Shown here in pieces: positions 49,036-61,747 of a DNA stretch of 64,000 bases (position 1 is the first letter of the stretch; the number at the start of each line of letters is the position of its first letter). Position numbers and translations under genes: made by a program. Source of the stretch: Botryllus schlosseri (lineage: Eukaryota). The stretch lies in NCBI GenBank assembly GCA_051294905.1, contig CM119371.1:30692001-30756000 (forward strand), given 5' to 3'. A model generated the notes under the pieces. It did not search any database, was not told where the DNA came from, and saw only the letters and a program-made list of their open reading frames with translations.

Positions 49036-51454
49036 TGGTACAAAAAGTCTGAAGCGAAAGTGGGCTAGACAGAAAAAGATCATCAACCTGCGTCATGTCA
49101 CTTTTCTTGCCGCCGGTACTCATGGGGATGACTTCAGCCAGATCTCAGCACGTCCCAATAGCCCGTGTGCCAACATTTTGTTTAGTTATCATCTTACTTC
49201 CAAATAGTACTATATGTGGGCGTGTTAGCGCACCACCACCATTCACGGTCAAGATTCCGGTTTGATTTTGGGTTGCAGCAAGTTCTGTAGCGTCGTGAGA
49301 ATCCAAGGAAGATAATGAAAAGGGCGAGAGAGCTTAAAACAAGAACGATACATATCGAAAACTGACATTAGGATGAGGCGATTACGAGAGCGTATCTATT
49401 CGTTTAGACATCCTCCTATCTCTTCATTGCATTACATCGTATATTGGGAGTCTTGAGAGATTATACCACCGATTATGCCACACTCAGAATTTGAATTTCC
49501 TAATTCTAGTTATCTGTTGACCCTGTTTACCACATTTGCTCGCGGCGCCCTTAAGCTGTTCAATTCGCACACTTTAGTGTGCCATGGCACACCGATTAGG
49601 AACCAGTTTACGATAGTTAATGGAAACGCGTGTGCAAAAATGCAAGAACCACTGTACTATAATTTCTTGAATGTATATTAAGTCGCAACCACTGTTATCA
49701 AAATGGTTACTAGATCCAGATAACGAACGAATTTATTCCGATTCATCTCTAACACAGACTTTCGTTGCAGCTTACATGATATTTTTATGACCTTTTCAAT
49801 TTGTTAAATTAGTGAATACGTTGATTAAATAAATTGAAGTGACCGTCAACGTGACGCACATCCATTCAGAAGTGGTAAGTTAACGAAGCACTTCTAATTG
49901 CCATATACTCAACTACACTATGCCCACTTGCGCGACTTTTGTGAGTAACATATGTGTTATAGTTAACAAAATGTCGAGTTAGATATCGATGCTTCCATTG
50001 AACGTGAATATAACGCGCAAGCAATCTACATTCCGTAGGAAAGTTTGTGCAATGTAATTGCAAGCTGATAAATACACATATATCTGCATCAATTGAGAAT
50101 ACAATTTTGTACCACATCAATTCGTGATATGTGGACCTAATTCCAGTGGTCGATAACTATCTGAGGCTGAGTAACTATATCAAGAAAAAGTGAGGATAGG
50201 TAATACCGATAATGTATGTATATGAACGTTATTGCAACTGTGATCACTCAGCTATATTTGAACTATGAATTTATAGCTTGTCGTTCACGAGTGGTGGAGT
50301 AATTTACGTAATATGGGTTGCAGTTCAACTTTTCACAGTCTCCTGACCCCTTCCTAAAATGTAAAGCCTCTCCACGTCAATAACGCGCGAGTAACATACA
50401 CCTTACCTCGTTTCCACCACTTATTCAGTATGCCCTCCAAAGCTTAAATAGGTATTATCGAAATAAACGCCGTCATTTATTCAAAATCTCCACTGCCGTC
50501 AACAACGCCCGAAATGAATGTATCCAATATTATCACATTATTATCAATATTATCAATTATCACAAATTTTCTTTAGAGATATTTAAAAATGTTTCCGAAA
50601 TACATGCTATACATGCCGCTTTTATCAAGCACGGAAATTGTCGCGGATAATGAACTCTGCATAGTCTTTAGTCATAGTCAATCATATTAGATGTAACCGG
50701 CTACTACGGCGATCTTACGACTGCATTGTTGATCTTGACACTGTATCGACCCAGTAACACCGTTCTTACTCAGGCATTACGCCCTATGCATTCTCCAAAT
50801 CTTAGCCCATATTGAGAACACAAAATAACTTCTACAATTGCTTGTTCTATCCGTGTACGAAACAATAAACTGGTTTTCGATGAAGCAAGAAAACGGCAAG
50901 TCACTTGCATTAAAAATTTATGAGCAGAATAACGGCCAGAACTGTTGCCAGTATAAGATTGTTACGAAGAAAGAACTGCTGCAAAACCCTACTTCACTAT
51001 GTTATCTTACACATCTGAAATTGTATTACATGATATACATTAAGTTTACGTAACTTTAGCTCATTAACAAAACTTCCTATGTCCACTGTCCCTATGTAGA
51101 TAAGAGTATCACAACATAACCAACCTAACGGAAACTCTTACATCTCGCAAGTATGTAGCGTGATTGAGCAATTGCAATAGCTTCCGTAGTGAAAGTGAGT
51201 AGTCGTTTCGCGAACTGGGCAATTTCATTGTAGCCAACTGCTTTGCATTCACTGCAAACATTCGGGAAGCCTTTGCAGCGCAATATCGTTCCAAAAATAA
51301 ATCTTGCAGAAATGCAACAATGACAATACTTCTTAATTCACATATAGTCGGTACAACCGGATGAGATGAGCCACTCATAATGCACGGCATTCCATATTGG
51401 ATAATATAAAAACAATGTTCTGGGATCTGTTAAGTGGTATCAATAGTAACAAGC

Positions 51455-52565
51455 ATGCAAGGCCGTAACAGCGCTTCGTCAGCCCCCCCCCCAAGAAAAA
51501 CGTTGGTCTTGGCCCCCAAGACCCCCCTCAGACTATACGCTGTTAACCACTACCTATCATCTACAGTTGTTTTCCGTTTAATGAGTCAGCTTTTCTCGCC
51601 TATACGCGTTAAGCGCGAACAAATTTCTCTAATTCACGATTGAATCGATCAATATGATCGGGAAGTGCATGTATATTGCTATCAATTTTTATCCTCTCTC
51701 TGCTCACGTAATCTGATTTACCGATAGAGTTGAGCGAGGTGTGTCTGAAAAGGTAGGACCCTTCGATAATAATTAAACATATTTGGGTGTACAGGTATAC
51801 CCGTTGGCAGGAACGAAACAGCACTTTGTCAGGCCCTCCTAAAAATTTGAGTCTTGGGCTCCCATTGGTGATATACCGACCGACCCCCCCCCCCCCCCCC
51901 TATCACGTTGTTAGCTTTTGCCAGGAAATAATAGTTGCACTGTTTAGTGAGCTAACGCGAAGCGCGAAAGTTTTCGATAATCATGAAAAAATCGGTTAAT
52001 AAGATCGGGAATTGCATACATATTGCTATCAATTTCTTGCCCTCTCTGCTCACGTAATCGAATTTACCGGTAGAGCTGAATGAGGTGTCTTGGAAACTGT
52101 GGGGCCCGTAAATAATAAGTAAACATCTTCGGGTGGGCGGACCCCACCGCCCGACCCCTTGGTATGACTTCGTTACATTATGTTATTTCGTGACCTCCTG
52201 TCTGCTATATCAAAAAATATAGAATCGCCCAAACGTACTAAACGAAAATATCACACGATTTCAAATTGGTATTTCTTCACTGGCATATAATTTTTGCCTG
52301 CGAGATAGTATGTGTCCTGTGAGGTTCAGATTGCCGAGACAAGAACATTCGGTGCCAGTCATTTAGGCGCCTATGGAAAATTAAACCTATATGTATTTTG
52401 TATATATAACGAAGTTTTCGGTCAGCATGAGGGCAGTCCTTTTTGGTCATGGTTTTCTCGCTGCCAATCGTTCCGGCACACTTCTTGGAATCGCGTGCTA
52501 CATGGCCTGAAACTTCATATGTGTGCGTCGTGGCGCGGTAGTGGCCAACGCCGAATTTTCTATTT
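51455..52565. repeat. Dispersed repeat, uninterrupted homologue of the Gypsy target region
   Basis: Colinear with 8360-8958 plus 13737-14250; contains two internal subrepeats (TGCAT.TATTGCTATCAATTT...CTCACGTAATC...TTTACCG). Confidence 0.75.
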
Positions 52566-53538
52566 CTATAGTGAGTATAGTCCGTTGAACGAAAATGCAT
52601 TGCTGTACATAAGTGTTTAGCGATGTATGTGTCGCTGAGCGCACTCTATCCTTTCAAGCTCATGCTATTAAGTGCTGCACTCTATAAGCGAAAAGGACGG
52701 GAATTTCCACCCGTGTATCACCCCTGATGTACGGTTGAGAATATACACCCATAACACGCGAAACCTGAACCTACCTTCGACTTATACCGTGGTTTATATC
52801 AAGTACAATGTTGTATCACATATTATGCATGCCCGTAGGAACCTGGGATTTAAGATCGCGATATCATTCTGATAACGGTTATCTTTCGTGTACCACCCTT
52901 TCCGGCCTTCTGAGTATGGATACGAATACTTGCTTTCTGATATTTGAATTCTGAAAACAATAAAGTGGTTTTAGGAAAAGCTAAAATCGATTATATGCGT
53001 ATAATTGTCATAAGAACCGCGTGAAATACGAATATTTTTCTTAGTTCTTGAGGGCATTTGTCACTCTGCGCTGATTACGTAGTTCAATATAGTAGATCAA
53101 CCTCCAATTAACTGCGAAAATGTTGCGACCGAACCACAAAGCCACTTTTTGAAACATCTTACTTGAGTACTTTTAAGACCTTTCCTTCTCGATTTCGTTT
53201 GATGTAGTTTTGACATTTGAAATTGATAAATCTGCCTAAATTGATAAGTAATTGACGGCGTTGATCGTATACTTGTACTCGCGTATCAAAGCTGACTACG
53301 TTGACCACCTCTGACTGATTGTTAGCGTTGATAAGGTTCACGCCATTGTTGCATGTGACTGTTATATGCATCAACTTTCGTCGTATGCAATACGTATAAA
53401 AGAACAATCTTATCAACGCTGGCAATGCTATCTAAACTGGACATCTGCTCGTATATCGTATGTCTGTTACATCTCAGAATCCAACCCAATTTGAATGAGC
53501 TACATATGTAATAGTGGGCGTTTTTATTCAGTAAACAG

Positions 53539-54536
53539 TAGGGATGGTGTGAACCTCTGAAAGATTCAGGTTCGTGTGAACGCGAACCTTTTTGAAAGGT
53601 TCTGTGTGAACGCGAACGCAAACCTCATGACGTCACATGACGTCATATTGCGAATTCAAACCCTATCTTTCAATGAAGTGATAGTCTATAATAATGTAAA
53701 CGATACCTAGCGACTACTGGGGCCCCATAATGACACTATGTTGAAGTACATATTGGCGTTTTAAACGTCGCTAAATGTATCATCTGAGGCAATCAAAGGA
53801 TACACTACTCCCATAAATCAATATCTTCCGATGCTTTGCCAAAAATTTCGACGAGGACTTACCAGGGAATATAAGCTTACGCCTTAACGGTCTAGGCCAG
53901 ACCGGACAATGTATTCGGTGTCTGAGTATTTGCTACATTGATATTGAGCAGAGTGCAGAACGGGTTTCTACACTTGCTACCGATATTACCCAATTAACAA
54001 GTAGGCTAATACAGCATTAACCAACACTTCAATCGCACGGATTTGGTGTTAACGATGCAGTAAAGATATGAAGTCAAGATTAACCCCGTACGCCTGCTAA
54101 ATTTTTTACATCACAAAACGATATCAATCTCATTGATTGGTTGAATAAGCATCATTCGCTGACTACGTATTTCGCTCGTGATGCTGTGTGATTGCGAGTC
54201 AAGCTCACAGCAGAGAGTCACTATGTATTCACAAACGGAAAGCTGAATATGTCGAGCAAACTTTTGTAACAAAACAAGTAAAACTTTTGAGATTGTCAAG
54301 GTGCATGGTCGTTCAGTTTGCATTTTTATGCTGCCACGGCCATGTATAGAGTGCTGGCTCGCAGTTGAAATGCAATAAATGTCAACCAAAGATGTTATAA
54401 TGAAGTGGAAGTTGTTATATATGAAAAAGGTTCACAGTGCAGAACCTACCAAGGTTCTGTTGTGAACGCGAACCTCTAAATTTCCGAGGTTCACACACAG
54501 AACGCGAACGTGAGCCTCACGTTCACACCATCCCTA
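53539..54536. mobile_element. MITE (hAT-like, TAGGGATG termini)
   Basis: TIR TAGGGATGGTGTGAAC / GTTCACACCATCCCTA; GTGAACGCGAAC subterminal repeats; TSD degenerate. Confidence 0.8.
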
Positions 54537-55765
54537 GTGAATATCTTTTATGCTTTCTTATAACATGACGAACTGACTACTCCGTTCGGGCCATTAGAAG
54601 CACATGTGTTTGTCACATAGCCCTAATGGATGCCGGATGGCTGGACATTGATTTATCCCTCAGAGGACCAACTTTAATATGTTTTATTATTCCCATTTTT
54701 ATGCATGCATAGTATTTTGCCTGGCGACCATAACTTCCGCCCTTTTTCGGCAATTCCTGGTCATTAATCTGATTTGGTATCGCGACTTCTTGGTTATGAC
54801 TAGAACCAGACACGGCATTCTTCACGCATTTTTCTCAAGTCACAAATCTTACCGGTAACGAGTTCTCTCACAACTCCGGCATAAAATTCGCATAATAGGA
54901 ATTCATCATGTCTCATTCACCCCAAGATCACTTCGAACATAATTCCCCCGTAATTGTCGATCAGGGATATCTATATATCCCTGTTGTCGATTAACGAGTT
55001 GGGTAATTCGGCTTTTGTAACTCCAAGTCGTCCAAGACGCGCAGATACGGGATTTCCGATGACTCCTTAAAACCGCCTCGCATGTATGCCACGCCGTACA
55101 CATTAACTTTCTGCACGCTGGGCTCGGTAGTTATGGCGTAACTCCCGTGGACGCCATTTTCGTTGTTCTTCTTTGTTTCTTATATTAATAAACAAAACAA
55201 AAAAACTGTGCCTTTTCCAAGCCAGATCATCTTTTTTGCCAATACTTTATTGATGTAGCTTTCAGCCTTACCATGTTTCGAATACACCATTCTTCACGAC
55301 TTCACTACAGTGTTATGTAGCATAATTACATTTCATATTCGTCTGACCGCTATTCAATGCATGTAACTGTCATTTTGGATTGTCGCTAATCACACCTTTT
55401 TGAAAGGAGTAATGCAGAGCCCTGGCTCCCTCTCTCTCCTATCTGTTATGGTATAATGCTATATCACGTGACTTATCGCTGGTATATCACATACTGCATA
55501 TCATATTATTGACTCAGAATAAGATATGAGACTCATGTACGCTGTACAACCTACTGCTTGAAATACTAACCATACGTACAATATATCTGGAGAAGGCAAT
55601 ATTGTCTTTTATTGAACTACCAGTCAAGATTTCACGTAGGAGCGTTCGTATCAGTTACTGCCAGTTAAGTATTTTGTAAGCTCCGCTATCCGTAACATAC
55701 GGACTTGCTGTAAATGCCATCGCAGACTATCAGACAGACAGCTCATCCCATCACATGGTGCCTAT

Positions 55766-56125
55766 TAGGGATGGTGTGAACGCGAGGTTCACGTTCGCGT
55801 TCTGTGTATAAACCTGGGAAATTTCACGACAGAACCTTGGTAGGTTCCGCACTATGAAACTTTTTCATATAGTGCAATTTTCCCTTCATTATAACATCTT
55901 TGGTTCACACTAAACGAGCATGTACCTTGACAATCTCAATAATTTTACTTGCATTGTTACAAACGTTTACTCGAAATATCCAGCTTTCCGTTTGCGGATA
56001 TTTAGTGACTCTTTGCTGTGAGCTTGACGAAATCACATAACATGAGAGAGCGAAATACACTGCATGTAGTCAACGAATGATGCTTATTCAACCTATCAAT
56101 GAGATTGATATCGTTTTGTGATGTG
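55766..56125. mobile_element. Truncated inverted second copy of the 53539-54536 MITE
   Basis: Starts TAGGGATGGTGTGAACGCG and is the reverse complement of ~54105-54536. Confidence 0.75.
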
Positions 56126-56149
56126 AGCATTGAGCAAGTATGAAATAAC

Positions 56150-57504
56150 CGTCACTCCTTCGTTACTGAGGCCATTATCATGAATTTCAGCTCTCAGTGA
56201 TATGAGAAGAAGTCTGTTGGTCGGGGTCATTTCTGAGCAAACCATTCAACCCTTCTCCATTCCTTCCATGGCTGATGGAGCCCTGCACCTGATAAAACGC
56301 ACCCAGGTAATTAGCTATGCCATGTCTGTGGAGTGTGGAGTCGGTGAAGTTGTCCAATGCTAGGCTAAAGTAGTCTACGCGGCAACACATGGTTCAGAAA
56401 ATGCGACTGACATTGCTGTTACTCTTTTTCTCACGGTTGAATCAGACAACTGTAGCTTCGAAATTTGTCAGGTCATGTTGGCCTCGCTGCTAAGTTCTGG
56501 AAACAGCGAATATTCGCACGGCGTGTTGAAGTCCTATTGAAATCACACCCTCTCTAGCAAATTTCTTGGGCTTAGCGACATTCTAAGCAATTTTGAAAGA
56601 TGCGTCTGTAACGTCGCGGCCAATTTTAACAATGCCCGACTTATGGATTGCTGGGCTTGCCATCAAGCTAGCTTCGTTTTTTCTAAGATCAGGCCATATG
56701 TTAAACTCCAGAAGGGACATGCGTAGGCTAGAATCATTTCAAGCTTCGACGCTTCGGTACAACAACTGTTCTTTGACAAATATTACACATCGATTTTCCA
56801 TTTATATCTGGGAAAGCAAATTCATTGATCGACGCAGAGTTACAAACCCAGCTTTCGATGTTCTCGTTTCTAGTACTTGTTTCTGCTCAAACCATTTACG
56901 GTGTGTGAAACACTTTTTAAAAGTGTTCTACGCAGCGGGATTCTCTTGAAGCAGAGTGCAGCCGAATACCGATTCCAAACAATAACAATCTAAACTTCAG
57001 CATATCAAGAAACCAGAACACATCAAAGAATGAGTAATCAAACGAAACAGACAGTTTGTTTGTTTGTTTGTTTGTTTGTTTTTGGAGTATTCATGGTGTT
57101 TGTCGACTACTGTGGTCATTTACACCAGGCCGATATTCTTTGTATTTTCCGTAACTGCCGACTTATAGCACGGCCCACCTCTAGGCTTTTGTAAGGCACC
57201 GCTAACGCGGATGAGGTGGCGAGGAGGAGCCTAGGTAAACCTCCAACACTTAGATATCGGAATTCGGAAGTCGACCTCGGTCGGACTCGAACCCGTACCC
57301 ATTGGTGTTGTAGCCGCGGATTATACCACTGCGCTATCTCGCCACCGAAACAGACAGTGTGATAAGAAAGCTAAGTAGCTAAATTAATATGTAACAATTC
57401 TGTGCTAGTATAGTAATTGCTTCCGTAATGAAAGATGTCGCGGGCCGCAAAATAAACGTCTGAGGGCCGCATGCGGCCCGCGGGCTGCGGGTTGAGAACC
57501 CCTG
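56150..57504 (-). mobile_element. Decayed hAT (Buster/Charlie/GTF2IRD2-like) transposon with transposase N-terminal remnant; its terminus abuts a tRNA-Pro 5' fragment
   Basis: Minus-strand frames at ~56290-56900 give NGKSMCNICQRTVVVPK (BED-like), DASFKIA*NVAKPKK, LQLSDSTVRKRV and YFSLALDNFTD. Terminus GGTTGAGAACCCCTG at 57504. The other end was not found and the left boundary is approximate. Confidence 0.75.
57056..57345 (-). mobile_element. Full-length tRNA-derived SINE
   Basis: A/B-box head (GGTGGCGAGATAGCGCAGTGG...GGTTCGAGTCC), (CAAA)n tail, 13-bp TSD CGAAACAGACAGT (57043-57055, 57346-57358). Confidence 0.92.
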
Positions 57505-57620
57505 GCCTAGATCAACGAGGCGATGGATGCACTTTCTGAACTATTTTAAAATGTTTTATTTGGAAATGACTCCTGAAGTCATAAAAATCAGGGTTGATTA
57601 AAAAACTATAATCTCGTCAC

Positions 57621-58081
57621 GAGCTCGTCCAGGATTTGAATCCTGGACCTCTCGCACCCAAAGCGAGAATCATACCCCTCTAGACCAGTGGTTCCCAACC
57701 TTTTTCGACCGATCGCCCCCTTTTCAAGGCCAACACCGAACATCGCCCCCCAAATTTTGTGCACCGATAATTGGGCATACAGACTGTAATCACCGGCGGG
57801 TTGACTAAAAAGAAAAAAAGAAAAAAAGGTCATCTTTCTCCGCTCAGAGCTGAAAATAACGTTTTTTCTCTCCAAATTGCTAGGTGAATGACTAAAAAAA
57901 AAAAAAAAAAAAGGTCAGCCGTTTTGACGCGTCATCGCCCCCCTATCGCCCCCTTCGCTATTTTCGCCCCCCATCGTCCCCTTTGTCCATTTTCGCCCCC
58001 CTATCGCCCCCTTCGTCATTTTCGCCCCCCTAGATCGCCAAATCGCCCACGTTGGGAACCACTGCTCTAGACCAACTAGCC
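57621..58081 (-). pseudogene. tRNA-Pro(UGG) interrupted by a MITE
   Basis: 3' part 57621-57685 and 5' part 58065-58081 flank the insert. Confidence 0.85.
57686..58064. mobile_element. hAT MITE inserted in tRNA-Pro
   Basis: Perfect TIR CAGTGGTTCCCAAC / GTTGGGAACCACTG; TSD CTCTAGAC; internal TCGCCCCC repeats. Confidence 0.93.
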
Positions 58082-58179
58082 GATCAATGCACTTTCTGAA
58101 CTATATAAAATTGTTTTATTTGAGAATAACTCCCTAATTCATAGATATCGTGGTTAATGAAAAACTATAATGATGCCAC

Positions 58180-58303
58180 GGGCTCGTCCGGGATTTGAAC
58201 CCGGGGCCTCTAGCACCCCAAACGAGAATCATACCCCTAGACTCTAGGGGTATGATTCTCGCTTCGGGTGCGAGAGCTTCCGGGTTCAAACTCCTGACGA
58301 GCC
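58180..58303. pseudogene. Head-to-head fusion of two 5'-truncated tRNA-Pro copies
   Basis: A minus copy (58180-58242) joins a plus copy (58243-58303, CGG anticodon) through GAGAATCATACCCCTAGA-C-TCTAGGGGTATGATTCTC. Confidence 0.85.
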
Positions 58304-58403
58304 TGTGTCACGATTGTAGTTTTTCAATTAACCACGATATCTATGAATCCAGGAGTCATTTCGGAATAAATTTTTTAAAAATAATTCAGACAACGCATCC
58401 GTC

Positions 58404-58480
58404 GGCTCGTTGGTCTAGCTAGGGGTATGATTTTCGCTTTGGGTGCTGAGAGGTCCCGGGTTCAAATCCCGGACGAGCCC
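58404..58480 (+). pseudogene. tRNA-Pro(UGG) with +4 (CTAG) insertion in the D-arm
   Basis: GGTCTAGCTAGGGG instead of GGTCTAGGGG, plus an extra T in the anticodon stem. Confidence 0.8.
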
Positions 58481-58577
58481 GTGGCACCATTATAGTTTTT
58501 CATTAACCACGATATTGATGAATTAGGGAGTTATTTCCAAATAAATCATTTTAAATAGTTCAGAAATTGCATCCGTC

Positions 58578-58651
58578 GGCTCGTTGGTCTCTAGGGGTAT
58601 GATTCTCGCTTAGGGTGCGAGAGGTCCCGGGTTCGAATCCCGGACGAGCCC
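58578..58651 (+). tRNA. tRNA-Pro(AGG) variant with +2 (CT) in the D-arm; function doubtful
   Basis: GGTCTCTAGGGG; otherwise canonical. Confidence 0.7.
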
Positions 58652-58752
58652 CGTCGAGATAATAGATTTTTTTAAATTAACCACGATATCTATGAATTCA
58701 GGAGTGATTTCCAAACGAAAAGTTCCAAAATGATTCAGACAACGAAGCCGTC

Positions 58753-59871
58753 GGCTCGTTGGTCTAGGGCAGTGGTCGGGAACCTTTTTCGACCGAAGAG
58801 CCATATTGACCTAATATTTCCAATTATAACTCCCAAAGAGCCATACATGTCAATCAACTGTTACGTCCCAATTGAAAATTCGTGACGTATTGATAGCACT
58901 AATATATGGGATTCGTAATGTGTGCCATATTTTTCTGCCCACATGCGACATGCGTAGGTGGAGCCAAACTACAGCAGTACATACCCACTGTGTGACAGCC
59001 TACGTCAGTGACGTGGGGTTAGCAGAGAAGAGTGCGGCAGTGCCTCACATGTCGTCAGGTATGATCGAGGGAGAATTGCGAAACCTATAATGGTTAATAG
59101 TATTTTTATCAATGTTTATGAATGATTATATTTTACACATTTCTGTTCCCAAAATCGCGGCATTTTCATATTTATTGTTCGAAAGTAATGCGAGAAAGAA
59201 AAGGTAACGCACAGATACCGCAACTCATCGTCAATACCTTGGAATTTATCGTCACTGATATTATTGAAATGAAATTTTCGCGCGCTGATTCCGGAAATCT
59301 AATTATTGACCGACTTCAAAAGTATTCGGCGTAACATAACGCTCTACTACACTCCTACATTTTACGGCGGTCCTAGAATGCTACTGACGTTATCAATCAA
59401 AAACTTGGATAGCTATGGTGTCGTTTTTAATTTGAATTTGTAATTGGTAATGTCACTTCCAATGAAGTTCATTTATCGGCGTAGATCACGAAGACAATGT
59501 GTATTTGAAAACTGCATTGTTAGCGTCGCCATGTTACGGTATCAATCAAGGTATCGTGCCATCCAATTTAAAAGCGCTCGATGACGGGTGGACTGAATTT
59601 GCCAGTGGTGTTAGTCGCCGGCGCGACAGCAACTTAAAAATATGTTTATGCTGCAACGAGATAAATTATTCGGGTCATCATGAAAATTTACAAACAAGTT
59701 GCTGCAATAATGATAAATTAGGTACAAAGTTAAAAATTTGTCAAAGAGCCATATCTTATACCCCAAAGAGCCATATATGGCTCGCGAGCCATAAGCTCCC
59801 GACCACTGGTCTAGGGGTATGATTCTTGCTTAGGGTGCGAGAGGTCACGGGTTCAAATCCCGGACGAGCCC
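58753..59871 (+). pseudogene. tRNA-Pro(AGG) interrupted by a 1039-bp hAT element
   Basis: 5' part 58753-58769, 3' part 59809-59871. Confidence 0.9.
58770..59808. mobile_element. Non-autonomous hAT element inserted in tRNA-Pro
   Basis: TIR CAGTGGTCGGGA / TCCCGACCACTG; TSD GTCTAGGG (58762-58769, 59809-59816). Confidence 0.95.
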
Positions 59872-59970
59872 GTGTCGAGATTATCTTTTTTTAATTAACC
59901 CCGATATCTATGAATCCAGGGGTCATTTCCAAATAAAACATTTTTAAATAGTTCAGAAAGTGCATCCATC

Positions 59971-60042
59971 GGCTCGTTGGTCTAGGGGTATGATTCTCGC
60001 TTAGGGTGCGAGAGGTCCCGGGTTCAACTCCCGGACGAGCCC
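59971..60042 (+). tRNA. tRNA-Pro(AGG)
   Basis: 72 nt, canonical except TTCAACT in the T-loop; T-run downstream. Confidence 0.85.
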
Positions 60043-60141
60043 GTGTCGAGATGATATTTTTTTAATTAACCCCGATATCTATGAATCCAGGAGTCATTTT
60101 CAGATAAAAGTTTTAAAAATAATTCAGACAACGCATTGGTC

Positions 60142-60213
60142 GGCTCGTTGGTCTGGGCGTATAATTCTCGCTTTGGGTGCGAGAGGCCCAATGTTCAAAT
60201 CGCGGACAAGCCC
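60142..60213 (+). pseudogene. Degenerate tRNA-Pro(UGG)
   Basis: Multiple substitutions in the D- and T-arms. Confidence 0.75.
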
Positions 60214-60312
60214 GTAGCACCCATTATAGCTTTTCAATAACCACGATATCTATGTATCAAGGAGTTATGTCCAAATAAATCATTTTTAAATAGTTCAGAC
60301 AGTGCGTTCATC

Positions 60313-60384
60313 GGCTCGTTGGTCTAGGGGCATGATTCTCGTTTCGGGTGCGAGAGGTCCCGGGTTCAAATCCCGGACGAGGCC
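60313..60384 (+). tRNA. tRNA-Pro(CGG) variant
   Basis: 72 nt, anticodon loop TTCGGGT, a few substitutions including one in the acceptor stem. Confidence 0.7.
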
Positions 60385-60483
60385 GTGACGAGATTATATT
60401 TTTTTAATTAGGCCCTATATCTATGAATCCAGGAGTCATTTCCGAATAAAATTTTTAAAAATAATTCAGACAACGCATCCGTC

Positions 60484-60560
60484 GGCTCGTTGGTTTAGCT
60501 AGGGGTATGATTTTCGCTTTGGGTGCTGAGAGGTCCCGGGTTCAAATCCCGGACGAGCCC
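60484..60560 (+). pseudogene. tRNA-Pro(UGG) with +4 insertion, duplicate of 58404-58480
   Basis: GGTTTAGCTAGGGG and the same GGTGCTGAG insertion. Confidence 0.8.
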
Positions 60561-61310
60561 GTGGCACCATTATAGTTTTTCATTAACCCCGATATCGATG
60601 AATTGGGGAGTTATTTCCAAATAAACCATTTCAAATAGTTCAGAAATTGCATCCGTCGGCTCGTTGGTCTAGGGCAGGGGTGGGCAAACTTTTGAGCTCG
60701 CGGGCCGCATTCAACATCTGAATCCATTCGCGGGCCGCACTATATAAAATTGGGATTATAAACCAAAATGCAATATTGGTATTTGATTATTGTGAGGACA
60801 TGGACATAATAGATATGCTTATTTAAAACAAAACAAACATTGCTTTGATGATATCATACACGCGTCAGAAACAGTGGCGAGATTTCATAGGCTGGTCAAC
60901 CTCAATGACCAATTTGTCAAAACTATAGAGATGAAAGTCGGTTGTCTCGATTCTTAGAACAGGATTGATATTTAAATCTGTGAGCAGCGATCTGTTCATA
61001 GATTTACTAATTGCTCTTTGGGTTCAGTTCCAGGACACACATTGCTAACAGCATCATAACCATGTTAGATTCAAACACGCTTCTACTATTTTCAGATAAA
61101 ATATAAATACCCTAAATCTATAAGCACGCCACTAAAATAGTTAAAGCTGGAGTGGCCAATCTGAAATCACACTCGTGATCAGAATTATGTCAATCTCGTT
61201 TAGGATTTCTGTGATTTTTAGCAGTTGAAACCTTCCAGACTCTGGGGGCCTTGAGATGGTCGCGTCATAAATTAAACATAAAACTAATATTGGAAGTATT
61301 TACCTTAGAA

Positions 61311-61638
61311 CAGTGGTTCTCAAACTTTTTAAGACACGCTCCCCTTGCGATGGTGAAAGATCTCGCGCCCCCTTATCGTCATATCACAAAACGCAACCAG
61401 GATGCTTGAAAACCTAACGGATAATTTGATGGCATGGAAGGTTACGTCTGTAGATGATAGATTTTTACATATGAAATTCAGACTAAATACAAAGCAATAA
61501 TTAGGAAGTGGGTTCAAATCGCGCGGAGCGCGAAAATTTTTTTCAGTCGAGCTCGGCTTCGCCTTCGCCCCATTCCGATGCCTTCACGCTCTCAAGGGGG
61601 GGGGGGGTGGGGCACGCCCGCCAGTTTGAGAACCACTA
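61311..61638. mobile_element. Nested hAT MITE
   Basis: TIR CAGTGGTTCTCAAACT / AGTTTGAGAACCACTA; TSD CCTTAGAA. Confidence 0.9.
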
Positions 61639-61747
61639 CCTTAGAATTATCATGGCGAAATATACTAAGTAAAAGTTTGATTACTTCCTGAATTAATTCG
61701 ATATTTACTACGCATTTTATCAATATTTTTAATAAGTTTCTTTAGAC

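Noticed and set aside
54600..55165. Possible Harbinger/PIF transposase remnant on the minus strand
   Set aside because: Only one short suggestive peptide (RHDESYYANFM), with no catalytic motifs or TIRs.
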